NCBI RefSeq assembly: GCF_009914755.1
Contig: NC_060929.1
Source: the human T2T-CHM13v2.0 reference genome, Homo sapiens
DNA: 64,000 bases
Direction: 5' to 3' (one strand)
The notes beneath the pieces are model-generated. The model was not told the DNA's origin. It searched no databases and saw only the letters and a program-made list of their open reading frames with translations. Shown one piece after another: positions 1-13,040 of the stretch. Positions within the stretch are counted from its first letter, which is position 1; every line of letters begins with the position of its first letter. The position numbers and the translations under genes were made by a program.

Positions 1-67
1 CATGTTGACCAGGCTGGTCTTGCACTCCTGACCTGAGGTGATCCACCTGCCTCGGCCTCCCGAAGTG
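1..67 (-). mobile_element. Alu fragment (left arm, cut by window edge, lacks the 5'-most ~35 nt)
   Basis: CAGGCTGGTCTTGCACTCCTGACCTGAGGTGATCCACCTGCCTCGGCCTCCCGAAGTG is Alu antisense. Confidence 0.9.
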
Positions 68-227
68 AATGTATATAATCATTGAGAGCAGATCCAGATG
101 TAATTCAACATTTTATCTATCACATTTTATCTAATACATTTTGATGCTGAAGAAATATATTTCTTGAATAACAAACAGCAGCCAAAGTTTATCTGGAACT
201 GTTCGAAGTGTTCCACTTTTCAACCAA

Positions 228-398
228 TAAATCCTCACAATCCACAAAACCTTATTTGGGAGGCACTAATAGTATATTCAATTTACAGATGAGGAAATTG
301 AGCCTCAGAGCAGTTAAGTAACTAATACAAGGTCACACAGCTAGTGAAGGCCCTCAAGTAGCCTGGTTCCAGAGTCCATGCTTTTAATCATTCTGCCT
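228..398 (-). mobile_element. MIR SINE
   Basis: MIR core in antisense: TTTACAGATGAGGAAATTGAGCCTCAGAG...CAAGGTCACACAGCTAGT. Confidence 0.85.
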
Positions 399-3296
399 TT
401 TTTTGTGAATAAATTCCACCCAGTCATATTTTTTAACCTCAGTGCATTTTTTAACATTTAATTGGCTGAGGGCTTATATTCAAAAGAGATCTTTTTCTTT
501 TAATTGAATTTGACAGAGGCAAGCTTTAAATTTTATCATAAATAGCCTTCGAGAAGGCAAATAATGTGATTTACAATTAGGATTCATCAACTTCAAGGAA
601 GAAGTGGAAATTTGCTTATAGGAAAAATTTAAATGTGTTGCATAGTTACATAAAGCTCTGTTGTACAATTTTATAGAGACTGTAAAACAGAATACTTATA
701 AATTAATAAGTAATTGAAATAAACATCATTTGATTCTTATACTCATTGAATTATACAATCTCCAAGACATGTGATTTCCTTCTCCCCATCTTTTTCCCCC
801 AATGCCAGAGTATTTGCAAATAAATATTTAATCCATGGTTATATTAAAGCTGCTTTGCTACCATGAAAAAAAATTTTTTTTACAAACATCTTTCACAGAC
901 TTTGTAACTGGACAAACTCCACCCGGTAAAAAAATAAGTGCATGGAAACAAAACAAGAATGTAGCAAGATCTGCCTAGTTTATTAAACATGAAATTGAAT
1001 AGTGGAAATAGCTCCATTTGGGAAGCTTAGGAAGCATAGTGACCAAAAAACTGTATGGCTGCTCATTCATTAGTCTTAAACTATTAATGTCAAACTCATA
1101 GTACCCAGAGTTAAATAAGATTCTGATGCTTCTACTCTTAAAAAGAAAAATGGAAGCATGTAGTTATGAGCCTGGGGCAAAAAGAAGCTCTAATATCTAC
1201 CATATATTTGCTAATAATATCAGACACACCTGTGAACCAGTTTAACCATTAACAATTTAAACTCTACATTTAAAAAAGAGAAAAAAAATCCTAGAATTAA
1301 AATATCACAAAAATTAAGGTCTACATGTAATATTGACAAGCAAATACAGAAATCAAATTTGATAGTCTATCATTGGGCACAAATCACTTTGATCACTAAT
1401 ATACAAGTATTAGACAGCCTCTTTCTCCCTAGAGTATATACATAGCATTCAATCCAGGAATTGCCTTTTTTTTCTGAACACCATTGTTTCCCTTTTTTTT
1501 CTCTGTAAGGGCTTAGTCCAATGTTGCTAGTAAGAATGAGCAATAAGATATTAGTTCACTCCCTTATGCATTAAAATCCCTGCCACACCTGTGGGTATTG
1601 TGCCATTGTTTAAAAGGGTAATAATAATAAGCCTTTATATAACACAGATATCAAAGAGCTTTGTGGTCAGTCGTTGTTGTACATGCCTAAAAACAGCTCT
1701 GCGTGAGTTTTGTATCCATTTGCTTAATTAAAAATATAATTATTTAACAACAGAGAGTAAGTAATATACATACAGCTGTTGGGAAATACCATTATTTCTA
1801 AGACCAGACAATACTTTGATAATCTGATAGCTGTTGGGAAAAGAGATGCAGTTAATCACATTAATAGAGAGTCAAAGGATTTAACTCAAGTAGACCTTTT
1901 AGAACAGTGATATGGCAAGGGAAGTAAAAAAAAAATCAAATCAAATTTTAAATTTGTATTACAGTTTTGTGTGTGATGGTTAGAGAACCAAATTAAAGAA
2001 ACAAAGGCAGCTTTGAAGTATGTTGGCATTTATCCAGATTGAGGGTCTATCAGAAAATAGTTCTGGGAACTGACATTTATGATAACTCATTCAAATATTT
2101 TCTTGCACAATTAGGGTTATCTTTAGGGTTAATTTTCCTGAGACATCATGCCATATTTGACTCAAGATTTCAGCATTGAATTTGAGCCTATTAACTCTTA
2201 ATGAGTGCTAACTGATGTCTTATCAAACTATCTGTAAAAGATAACTGGCTATTCATGGCCAAATACATAGTCATCTAATGTCCAAAAATTATGAGACCAT
2301 TTAGCCAGATTCAAAATACAGACATAGGCAAGTTTAAAGATGCATTGTACATTTTCATTGTATTACAAAAGTTAAGTGTGTTGGAAAATTGCTGTTAGCT
2401 GCCTGAGCATGCCTGTAGCTGAGTTTTGAGCTCCTTAATAGCTGAGTAACTGGTAATGTAGTTAGAAAACTAGGTTAAGCCAGTCTTCAGTCATTAGTTG
2501 GCTGACTTCATATTTGTTTTAGAACTCTAATCTTCTAAGAACTTGTTTTCATAATTCCACCTTATGAAACATTTATGAAATGTGTAGAAAATTACTACGA
2601 CAGCTGTAAACCCAAATGATAATTCCCTTTCCCATAGTTTCAATAATTTTTTTCTTCACTAGAAGAAAACAGAGCACTTAACCTTTTCCTTAAGAATCAC
2701 AGATCTATTTGATCCCCCCTCAGCAAAATATTATCTGGCACTTTTGAAGTACATGGTTCAAATAGAATTACTCTAATAATAGTTTTTGCGAGGTCTGTGT
2801 GGGTATGTCTCATCTAACTTGGTTATTCTCCTTAGATTCAAAATTATATCCTGCAAATTGAAAATTATATATAGCTTTTGCAAGGCAAGACCATAATTCT
2901 AGGCTTGTACCATTTTTTTTTCAACCCCAATAAATCACATTCAAAGTAGACCTGACACTGGACTGTCTTTTAGCATCCAGGAGAGCCCTAAGTCAGCTCT
3001 TGACAAAGTACTGCGTTTTAAGTTCCCAGAAAACCTTGAGACTCCACTGAGAATTTGCTCACATTCTCCTCTTTAACCCTGGAAAATATACTCTAGGCCA
3101 ATACTGATTCACTTCTCTGCCTGCAGATCTAGTGTGTCACCTGCACAGATCTTTCCAAATCATGCTTGTATCCTTCACATATCAGTAAGGGTCAGGGTAA
3201 ATCCATGTCAGAAGGTAGTCGGTGGAAGCCTCCACTGTGGTTATGTTTACTGTTCCTACCTTTACCTCTAAAGTACAAGCTGCTTAAATTACCTTC

Positions 3297-3540
3297 TAAA
3301 GCAAAAATTTAAAAATTGTGGGTCACACAGTGCATTGATGAGTCCCACTGCCAACCTATTTTACATGGAATAGGATGGCATGGGAGAGAGTAGAGTGGAT
3401 GGGATAGGATAGGATAGGATAGGAATCAAAGTGTGTCATACATTAACTTGGGTTTCATAAAAGTTTTCTTTCAAGATTGTGTAGTTCACATGTAAAATGC
3501 ATTTCTCACCGTGGTTTGTGGTCAGAGTTTGAAAGTCAGT
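3297..3540. mobile_element. hAT-Charlie-type MER MITE with internal (GGATA)n; subfamily uncertain
   Basis: TGTGGGTCAC near the start, a GGATA/GAATA run, and the ending TGTAAAATGCATTTCTCACCGTGGTTTGTGGTCAGAGTTTGAAAGTCAGT resemble Charlie-family MITEs. Confidence 0.55.
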
Positions 3541-3872
3541 ATTATACAGTAAATTTGACTTCTCAATGGCCCTGGAATTGACATATGTCTATGGAAATCT
3601 TAGATAAGGTGGATTGTTTCTGGGAAGCATTCAATGCTTGCAGCACACTTTTTCTCCCTCCCTCTCTTTTTCCCTCCCATTAAAAAACAATCCCATTGAA
3701 GTGTCTCTATGGGAATGTTACTCATAGGCAGCTTTGTTTACAAGCCACAAACTCAAATTTTTTATCAAGCTCCTGCAGCCCAAAAGCAATTCTCTCCCTG
3801 CTGTGACATCCACATTTCTCTGTGCACCTTCCCTACTCTTTAAAGAGTGAAGGAGATAGTGGGGTTACAATT

Positions 3873-3934
3873 TCTTGTCAATTTTACTTTTAACTGTAGC
3901 ATGTCTTGTCAATTTTACTTTTAACTGTAGCATG
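3873..3934. repeat. Perfect 31-bp tandem duplication (2 copies)
   Basis: TCTTGTCAATTTTACTTTTAACTGTAGCATG at 3873-3903 and 3904-3934. Confidence 0.97.
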
Positions 3935-4090
3935 TCTTCTTAGCCAGTCCCATAGGCCTTTTTTTAATTCATTAAACTAGAATCAGAAACTGTCTTTTTT
4001 AATTCATTAAACTAGTGCTTGAGAATTATCTCAATGCTTCTGTGAGCTCACATTCTAGGAGAGTATTAAACAATAAACAACTATGTAAAT

Positions 4091-4514
4091 TGTGTTAGGA
4101 TTCTCCATAGAAACAGAACCAACAAGAGATCACCTGCAGATTGGAGACTGAAGAAGCTGGTGGTGTATTTCAAAAGCCTGAGAGGCAGAGGTGAATGGTG
4201 TAGATTTCAGTTTTAGTTCGAAAGCCTGAAAACCGGGAATGCTAAGGGCAGAAGAAGGAATGTTCCAGCTCAAGCAGTCAAGCAGAAGAAAGGTGAAGCT
4301 AGCCTTCCTCCACCTTTTTGGTTCTATTGAGGCCCTTAAGGTGTTGGGTCATGCCCACTTACATCAGGGAGGGCCATCTGCTTACCCAGTCTGCGAATTA
4401 AAATGCAAATCTCTTTTGGAAACACTCTCACAGACACACTCAGAAATAATGTCTAATCAGATATCTGGGCTTCCTTTAACCCAGTCAAGTTGACCCATAA
4501 AAGTAACCATCACA
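4091..4514 (-). mobile_element. MLT2 (ERVL) solo LTR inserted in an L2 remnant
   Basis: TG...CA ends; the end CCAGTCAAGTTGACCCATAAAAGTAACCATCACA is the reverse complement of the MLT2 start; 5-bp TSD TAAAT at 4086-4090 and 4515-4519. Confidence 0.9.
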
Positions 4515-4610
4515 TAAATCATATAGTAAGTTAGATGTCAGTAAGTGCTATGAAGAAACTGAGTTAGAAAAGAGAGAGTGGCAGGGAAAATAGAAGATGC
4601 TGAGATGTCC

Positions 4611-4898
4611 TTTTTTTTGAGATAAAGTCTTGCTCTGTCACCCAGGCTGGAGTGCAATGGTGCAATCTTGGCTCACTGCAACCTCTGCCTCCCAGGTTCA
4701 AGCAATTTCCTGCCTCAGCCTCCCGAATAGCTGGGATTACAGGTGCCTGCCACCAGGCTGGCTAATTTTTGTAATTTTTGTAGAGATGGGGTTTCACCAT
4801 GTTGGCCAAGCTGGTCTCGAACTCCTGACCTCAGGTGATCCACCCGCCTCAGCCTCCTAAAGTGCTGGGATCACAGGTGTGAGCCACCATGCCTGGCC
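4611..4898 (-). mobile_element. AluS, full length
   Basis: T-tail, both arms, ends GAGCCACCATGCCTGGCC. Confidence 0.95.
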
Positions 4899-4983
4899 CA
4901 AGAGGTCCATTTTAAGTTGGTTAGTCAGGAAGTTTTTGGTGACAGTTTGAATGTGATAGAACTTCAGGTCTGCATGCTGAAAA

Positions 4984-5130
4984 CAATACTCCTCAAAGTC
5001 TAGGCTTGCACCTGATTACATCAGGATAAACAAAAGGGTTCTATAGCCAAACAAATATGGGAGATTCTGGTATATATATAAAAAACTTAAACATGTTTCT
5101 TTACTATGTGATACTTTAGAACTTCAAACC
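4984..5130. mobile_element. MER103-like hAT-Charlie fragment
   Basis: AAGGGTTCTATAGCCAAACAAATATGGGAGATTCTGG...AAACATGTTTCTTTACT resembles the remembered MER103C consensus. Confidence 0.45.
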
Positions 5131-5384
5131 TACAAAGGAAGAAATAGAATGAGACAAGATGAGAAGCAGCAAGGTAATGGGAATGGAGGGAAACTTAGGG
5201 GCAGAGTAAGAAAAATAAAGTTGGAAAACTATAGAAGATGAGAGATGAAGTCAATTAAATAGGGCCATGGTTGCTCTTTGAAAAATACTACCCATATGAG
5301 AACAATACAAGCAACAATTGCAGGGTATCTATAGCCATGTGCTCTTTTCCTAACGTGACTAAACTGATGGTGGTGAGAATTAGG

Positions 5385-5775
5385 ATGATAGTAGCTAGTG
5401 CTTATTGAACATGTGCCTGATGCCCGGCCTTGTGCTGAGTGCTTTGTGTGCATGGTTTCCCTCTCTGGAGTGCAGATCCACACAGGTAGAGGCTGCCTCT
5501 GCCTTGGCTCATCTCTTTACTTCCAGCGCTTAGCACAGTAGGTATTCAATAGGAACATGGAATTTGTCTTATCAGCATTAACTAATACTTACCAAATTGA
5601 TGCATGAATTATTAAAATTTCTACAATTATCCTTTATTTTTTATCAGGACTTACGGTACAGAGAAGTTAAGGAGTTTGGCTGAGGCCCACCCAACAGGCT
5701 CAAAAGTGATAGAATTGGAAGCCAGATGCAGATCTATCTATCCCTCGAGTTCATCCTCATTCAGAATATTGCCAC
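5385..5775 (-). mobile_element. MIR split by a short + strand L2 3'-end piece (~5480-5560)
   Basis: CTTATTGAACATGTGCCTGATGCCCGGCCTTGTGCTGAGTGCTTT then TACAGAGAAGTTAAGGAGTTTGGCTGAGGCC; L2 tail GCTTAGCACAGTAGGTATTCAATA lies between. Confidence 0.55.
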
Positions 5776-6261
5776 AGAGCATTTATTTTCCTCCATGGAT
5801 CATATCTTAAACGACTAGTGTACCTTAGACCCACTGCTGCAAAGCAAATTAACTTTTCCCTGAAATGCATTCTCTTCATTCTTGTACTTTCGAAGTCCAG
5901 GGCTTCTCTAAAAAGAAATTCAAGCTTTCAGATGAAAAGAGCAGCAGTAAAAAGCAGGGTCATATCGACAAGTCACATCAACAATTCTTTTATTGAACAA
6001 ACATTAAGTGACTTACTTATGCCAGACCATGTGCTAGGCACTGGGAATATAAAGATAAGTAAGATAGACTGAGTTAGTGCACTTAATAACCTTGGTGAAA
6101 GAGATAGACACGTAACAAGTAATGACAAAGAGATACAGGCATGAAGAAATACAGTGTGCTCAGGGTGCCTGGAAGACTAGAGAGCATTCACTGGGAAGTA
6201 GGCAGGGACTGGTGGTGAGGTTTATCTTTTATGATATGGGAGGCAGTTAAAGGGTTTTTAG

Positions 6262-7056
<795 letters not shown>

Positions 7057-7706
7057 TCACTAAAAGAGATGAAGTCCTCAGGAAAGACAATGTTCTAGGA
7101 AGGATTGTAGAGGACAAATTTCAGAGCAACTTAGAAGATAAAATAGACAAAATATGTTGACTAATTTGATGCAGCATATGAAGGAAAATGGGGCATCAGG
7201 GTAAATCGGTGCGAATGGTGATACCAGTACTCAGGAGGAGGAAAAAGTGTGATGAGAAGAGGGATACTAAATTCAGCTGTGGAGGAACTCTGTTTGAAGT
7301 GGTTTGGGGATCTCCAGGCCTGGAGCTTAAGAGAAGTGAAGATGCAGATTCAGAAAGAGTTGGCCCTAATGTGCTTGGAGGAAGATAACATTGGAGATTA
7401 TTAATTTAGGAAGGATATCTTAATAAAATGAAGAACCTGGCACATAATAAGTGTTGATAGAGTCTAGCCTGCTGCAACAAATATTTGCAACCGTATCTGG
7501 AGACAGAGGCCAAAGGACCTAGAGTGAGTTTCTTATTATCTGAATGGGTTTTCAAGAGCTCTTTTGGAAGTGAGTTGGAGAACTGCTGAAAAGACAAGGA
7601 AATTCTAAAATTAGATCTGAGTATAGAACTAATGACTAAGGGTTAGGAATGCCAGCTACCCAAATGAGGTGGAGGGTGTTTCTTTGAACAATTTGCAAAC
7701 CCAGTA

Positions 7707-7914
7707 TTTTTTTTTTTTTTACACGGGGTCTCACTCTGTCACCCAGGCTGGAGTGCAGTGGCACAGTCAGCTCACTGAAACCTCCACCTCCCAGGCTCAA
7801 GAGAGCCTCCTACCTCAGCCTCCTGAGTAGCTGAGACTACAGGCATGCGCTTCCACACTTGGCTAATTTTTGTAGTTTTTGTAAAGACAGGGTTTTGCCA
7901 TGTTGCTCAGGCTG
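7707..7914 (-). mobile_element. 5'-truncated AluJ
   Basis: Right arm plus ~45 nt of left arm; J-type GGCTCAAG...CCTCCTACCTCAG; CCCAGT on both flanks. Confidence 0.9.
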
Positions 7915-8232
7915 ACCCCAGTCTTTAACTTTGTTGTTCACTCTCCCATGCACAGTATCCTCATGGTGATTTGGCAGTTCTGTGAAATATGTGCCTTATT
8001 GCCTTCCTGTATGACCCTCAGTTTATTTGCTGAGAACAGTGGGGGCTGACTGCTGCGGAACTGGTGTTAATCCTTGTCAGGAAACCTCAAGGACACCAAT
8101 ATTTTCTCACCAAGAAAATATTCAGATCACGGAAACATCCTTGTCTCTAAGTATCTGTGAATTTCAGAATAAAGACCTATGTTTTAGAAATAAGGCTCTT
8201 TGATACCCTTTTGTTTCAATCTATCTTTCTAA

Positions 8233-8559
<327 letters not shown>

Positions 8560-9184
8560 GATATCTTAAATCCACATTTTTTCACAGTTGTGTTCTATGT
8601 TTTACATTGATGGGTTTGTTTTAGTAGCACATTCCAAATTGTTAGTATCAGAAGGTCAGTGAGGTAAAATTAAAACAAGTACTTTGGAAGGTTGTAAACA
8701 TAGAATAAATTTCAGCTTCATGTAAATGGAGTGTGATTTCCATAATAAAGCCATTATTGTTGTCAGTGGTGCATAGCAATAAAGCCAAGGCTGCAATTAC
8801 AAAGAAAACAGATAATACAACACCATACTTTCTTTAAAAATGGCAGTTAAATTCGTGGAAATAATATTTTTCACTAAAAATAAAGAGATGTGATGTAATC
8901 TCAATGGAATCTACTAACTCCCATGAGTAGACTTTCTTAATGATAGTAGCACTAATTGACGTATCTACTTGCTGGTTTGTTGTTTGTTGTTGTTGTTTGT
9001 TTTGTTTTCTTTGCCTTTCCAGAAGTAATTTCTTTCACTAAAACCTTTTCAAACTATTTTGGTTTTCACATTCGTGACTCCTTGTTAATTTAAGTATGTA
9101 AATTAAGTACTGTGATGATTTGATTTTTTTTTCTCCCTGCAGTGGAACTTCATCTTGACACAGCCTGAGTTACTTGGCATAGTC

Positions 9185-10470
9185 TTTTTTCTTTTTTGTT
9201 AATTGTAGTAAAATATACATAACAAAATTTAGCATCTTAAACCATTTTAAGTGTACACTTCAGTGTCACATAAGTACACTGACAATGTTGTGCAACTGTC
9301 ACCACTATCCATGTTTCCAGAACTTTTTCATCACTCCAAACAGAAACTCTATATCCATTAAACAATAACTCACTATTCTGCACTCCTCCCAGCCCCTGGT
9401 AACTTCTGTTCTACTTTCTGCCTCTGAATTTGCCTATTCTAGGCACCTCGTGTAAATGGAATTATTATTTGTCCTTTCATGTCTGGCTTGTTTCACATAA
9501 CATTTTCAAGGGTCATCCATGGTGTAGCATATATTATAATTTTATTCCTTTTTAAGCTTCAGTATCTCAGTATGTTTAGGCTATTACAGAATACCCTAGA
9601 GCAGGTAGCTTACAAACAGCAAAAATGTATTTCTTACAGTTCTGGAGACAGAAAGTCCAAGATCAAGGTGCCAGCAGATTCAGTGTCTGGCAAGGGCCCA
9701 GATTTCTGGTCCATAGATGATGCCTTCTTGGTGTGTCCTCACATGGTGGAAGGGGCAGGACAGCACCCTGGGGCCTCTTTTATAGGTGCACTAATCCCAT
9801 TCATGAGGGCTCTACTCTCACAACCTAATCACCTCCAAGCAGTCCAACCTTCTAATTTTATCATTGGTGATTAGGTTTCAACATATAAAGTTTGGGGGGA
9901 CACAAACATTCAGAACGTGGCACTGACTAATATCACATTATATGCAAATAGTATATTTTATTTATCTATTCATCTGTTGATGGACATTTGGGTTGTTTCC
10001 ACCTTTTGGCTATTGTGATACTGCCATGAATATTGGTGTGCAAATATCCATTTGAGTACCTGTGCCTTCACTTTTTTGAATATATACCTACAAGTGGAAT
10101 TGTTGGATCGTATGGTAACTCTGTGTTTAACATCTTGAGGTTCTACCAAACTGTTTTCCACGGCAGTTGTGCCATTTTACATCTCTATCAGGCATGCACA
10201 AGGGTTCCAATTGCTAAATATGCTCACCAACACTTACTATTTCTTGTTTTTTTGATAATAATCATTCTAGTGGGTATGAAATGGTATCACGGTGGTTTTG
10301 ATCTTCGTTTCCCTAATGACTAGTGATCCTGAGCATTTTTTCATGTGATTATTGGCCATTTGTATATCTTCTCAAAAGAAATGTCCTTTGTCCATGTTTC
10401 AAATGGATTGAATGGGTATTTTGTTGTTAAGTTGTAGGAGTCCTTTATTTTATATAGCACAGTCTTATAT
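9185..10470 (-). mobile_element. L1MB-like 3' fragment (3' UTR and ORF2 end), interrupted by an MLT1A LTR
   Basis: AATTGTAGTAAAATATACATAACAAAATTTAGCATC...; GATGGACATTTGGGTTGTTTCCAC; track ORF 9970..10161 is a frameshifted ORF2 remnant. Confidence 0.88.
9563..9922 (-). mobile_element. MLT1A/MLT1A0 (MaLR) solo LTR
   Basis: CAGTTCTGGAG...AAGTCCAAGATCAAGGTGCCAGCAGATTC and the end GGGGGGACACAAACATTCAGAACGTGGCA. Confidence 0.88.
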
Positions 10471-10859
10471 AGATACTCATTTCTTGGGTGCAACACTGTG
10501 TTTTTAGGGCCTCCTTTTATTGAGAACATTGAAATGATTCTGTTTTATCTTCACTAATTCACTCCTAAACACAACTTGTTTCCAATATTACCAATTACAA
10601 ATGCTTTCTTTGGTAAATATTGAATTATAGACAGCAGAGAAGTTATTAGTAGTTCATCAAATGCGAAATAACAGCTTAGGAAATATAAAACCAAAGTGAT
10701 TTTCAATTGAATGGAGCACTGTTTTTCAGTTTGCCAAATGGAATTTATAGTCACTGTTTAACAACAACATGCCCCCCAACCAACTTTCATCACCATCACC
10801 CCCTCCCAATACCTCTTTCCTTTTGACTTAGGCCCTAAAGAGGGTTAAAGGTGCCTCCT

Positions 10860-11025
10860 CAGAGGCAGATTAACCATAAAGCTAACGTAGCTTAAGTTTC
10901 AGGTCCTTTCACCAGCCTTGGCCCCTTCCAAGATCCTGCACCTAATTACGGTTTTGTAACTTTTGTTTTTTAAAGAAGCCTCCCTAATATAAGCTTCAGG
11001 CCCACAAAATCTGGATATGCCTCTG
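10860..11025 (+). mobile_element. Arthur1A-like hAT-Tip100 MITE
   Basis: TIRs CAGAGGCAGATT ... GATATGCCTCTG; internal AAGCTTCAGGCCCACAAAATCTGGAT. Confidence 0.75.
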
Positions 11026-12123
11026 GATATGTTTCTTCTATCTGAAATCATCATCCTAATCATTGTTGTACTTCTGGAAGGCAAGCCTGGGATCTATTAA
11101 GTATGCTGAGTTATTTATGACTAGCTTTTTCCTTACGGAGTTTCTAGTCTGGGGTGCCAAACTACTATACTTTTCTGCAGAATTCCAGGAAAATATAAGC
11201 CATGGACATTCTCATGAGCCCCAGTATGCTCCCTTAGCTTCTCCACTAAGCTCTGTCAGCACATACCACTCGCTTTGCTCTAAGCACTTAGATGAACATG
11301 CAGGCCAAACTTTGAAAATTGGTTCCTAGTTGTTCATACAAAATGTGCATGTCCCTTTGTACTCCGCCCAGAGCCATAAATAGAATTTTGTTCTTACACA
11401 GTGGAAGAAAAGAATGCAGTTGCCAGACTTGATACCTAATCTTTGAAAATTTTGTGAGCACAGCTTAGGGGTTTTCTAAATATTAGGGTATCTTGTCAGA
11501 AGTAAAAATGAGCCTTCTGGCCCTTTAGCAAATTATATTATTTCATTAAATAAAAATGAATTTTTCTAAAAATTAAATAAATCTTAATGTATATTTTCTT
11601 GTCCTGCTGCAAAGCATTAGTGACAAAGAAATTATTCATCTACGTAAATCTTCTTGTATTAGTCTTACTTTCCCTGTACAGTTATAATAATAATTTTGAC
11701 AATTTGTATATATTGTGATGAAGGGCATATATCAGCACGGTCCCTTCTAAAGCCTTATTTCTCTCTCAAAAAAAAAAAAAGTGTTCGGGTTCCCTTTCTC
11801 CTCACCACTTCCTTTCTCCCTCTTTGCCTCCTCTCCTTGTTCTTTCTTTTTCCTCCCTTTCCCGAACAATTCCATCTACAGCCACCAGGTAGTACAGAGC
11901 AAGGTGTGCATCTGCAGGAAGGGGCCCAAGCCTCGGTGTCAGAAGCCAATCGTTGTGAGGAAGGAATCCATGTGAGGGGTGCAGTGCTGCCCAGCTGGAA
12001 TTGTGGGACACTGAGTGAGTTTGGGAGGCCACCTGAGCGAGGGAATGGGTAACAGCAATAGGAAGTTGGTTACATGCAGGGGAGTGGATCGAATCAGTAG
12101 ATATATTAAGAATAATAAGCAAT

Positions 12124-12207
12124 AGCGGGGTGCGGTGGCTCACGCCTGTAATCCCAGCATTTCGAGAGGCCGAGGTGGGCAGATCACCTGAGTCCAGGAG
12201 TTCAAGA
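12124..12207 (+). mobile_element. Alu 5' fragment (first ~84 nt only, no tail)
   Basis: GGTGCGGTGGCTCACGCCTGTAATCCCAGCA...CCAGGAGTTCAAGA, then L1 resumes. Confidence 0.9.
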
Positions 12208-12639
12208 ATAATGAGAAGTAGATCTCTTACCAACACAGAAAAGTTACAAATATGGAAAGGGAGAAAACTGGAATTAACCCCGTGATGTTGGGTTGGAATT
12301 AGAAGCATTGAAATGAACTAATGAATTTCAATATATAGAGATAGATAGAGTAAAACAGATCTAAATGTGTTTGTGTGTGCATATGCATGTGTATCCTCTA
12401 TCTACTAAGAGAGCTTAGGAGCAGCAACAGCAGTGACCATACCTAGCCCCAGATCACAGTTTCTAAATACCATTCTCCCCTAAAAGAAACCAGGACTGGG
12501 GCAGAGAATATTTGAAACATCTTGGGCCAAAAAGCAAACAACTGCTAGTAGAATGATGAGGATATAACCAAAGTCACAGAAACCATCTTGAAAGGGCTCC
12601 TGCTAGGGACAACTTGGCATCGAAATAAACAATGATAGT

Positions 12640-13040
12640 GGCCGGGTACCATGGCTTATACCAGTAATCCCAGCACTTTGGGAGGCCAAGGCATGCGGAT
12701 CGCTTGAGCCCGGAAGTTCAAGACCAGCCGGGGCAACATGGCGAAACCCCATCTATACAAAAAGTACAAAAATTAAGTGGGCGTGGTGGCATGCGCCTAT
12801 AGTTTCAGCTACTTGGGAGGCTGAGAGGTGGCAGGATGGCTTGAGCCCAGGAGGTCAAGCCTGCAGTGAGCTGTGACAACACCACCACACTCCAGTCTGG
12901 GCAATGGAGAAAGACTTTGTATGACCCTATGTGAAAGAAAAGGAGAGGAAAAAGAAAAGAGAAAGAAAACAAAAAAGGAAAGAAGGAAGCAGGGAGGGAG
13001 GAAGGAAGGATGGAAGGAAGGAAGGAAGGGGAAAAGAAAG
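12640..13040 (+). mobile_element. AluJ with a tail expanded into a GA-rich/(GGAA)n tract (~12933-13040)
   Basis: GGCCGGGTACCATGGC...GATCGCTTGAGCCC...GAGGTCAAGCCTGCAGTGAGC (J diagnostics). Confidence 0.93.

Noticed and set aside
3873-4015. Repeat-spacer-repeat patterns as CRISPR-like arrays (also 62847-62900)
   Set aside because: Only two copies each, eukaryotic intron context, no cas genes.
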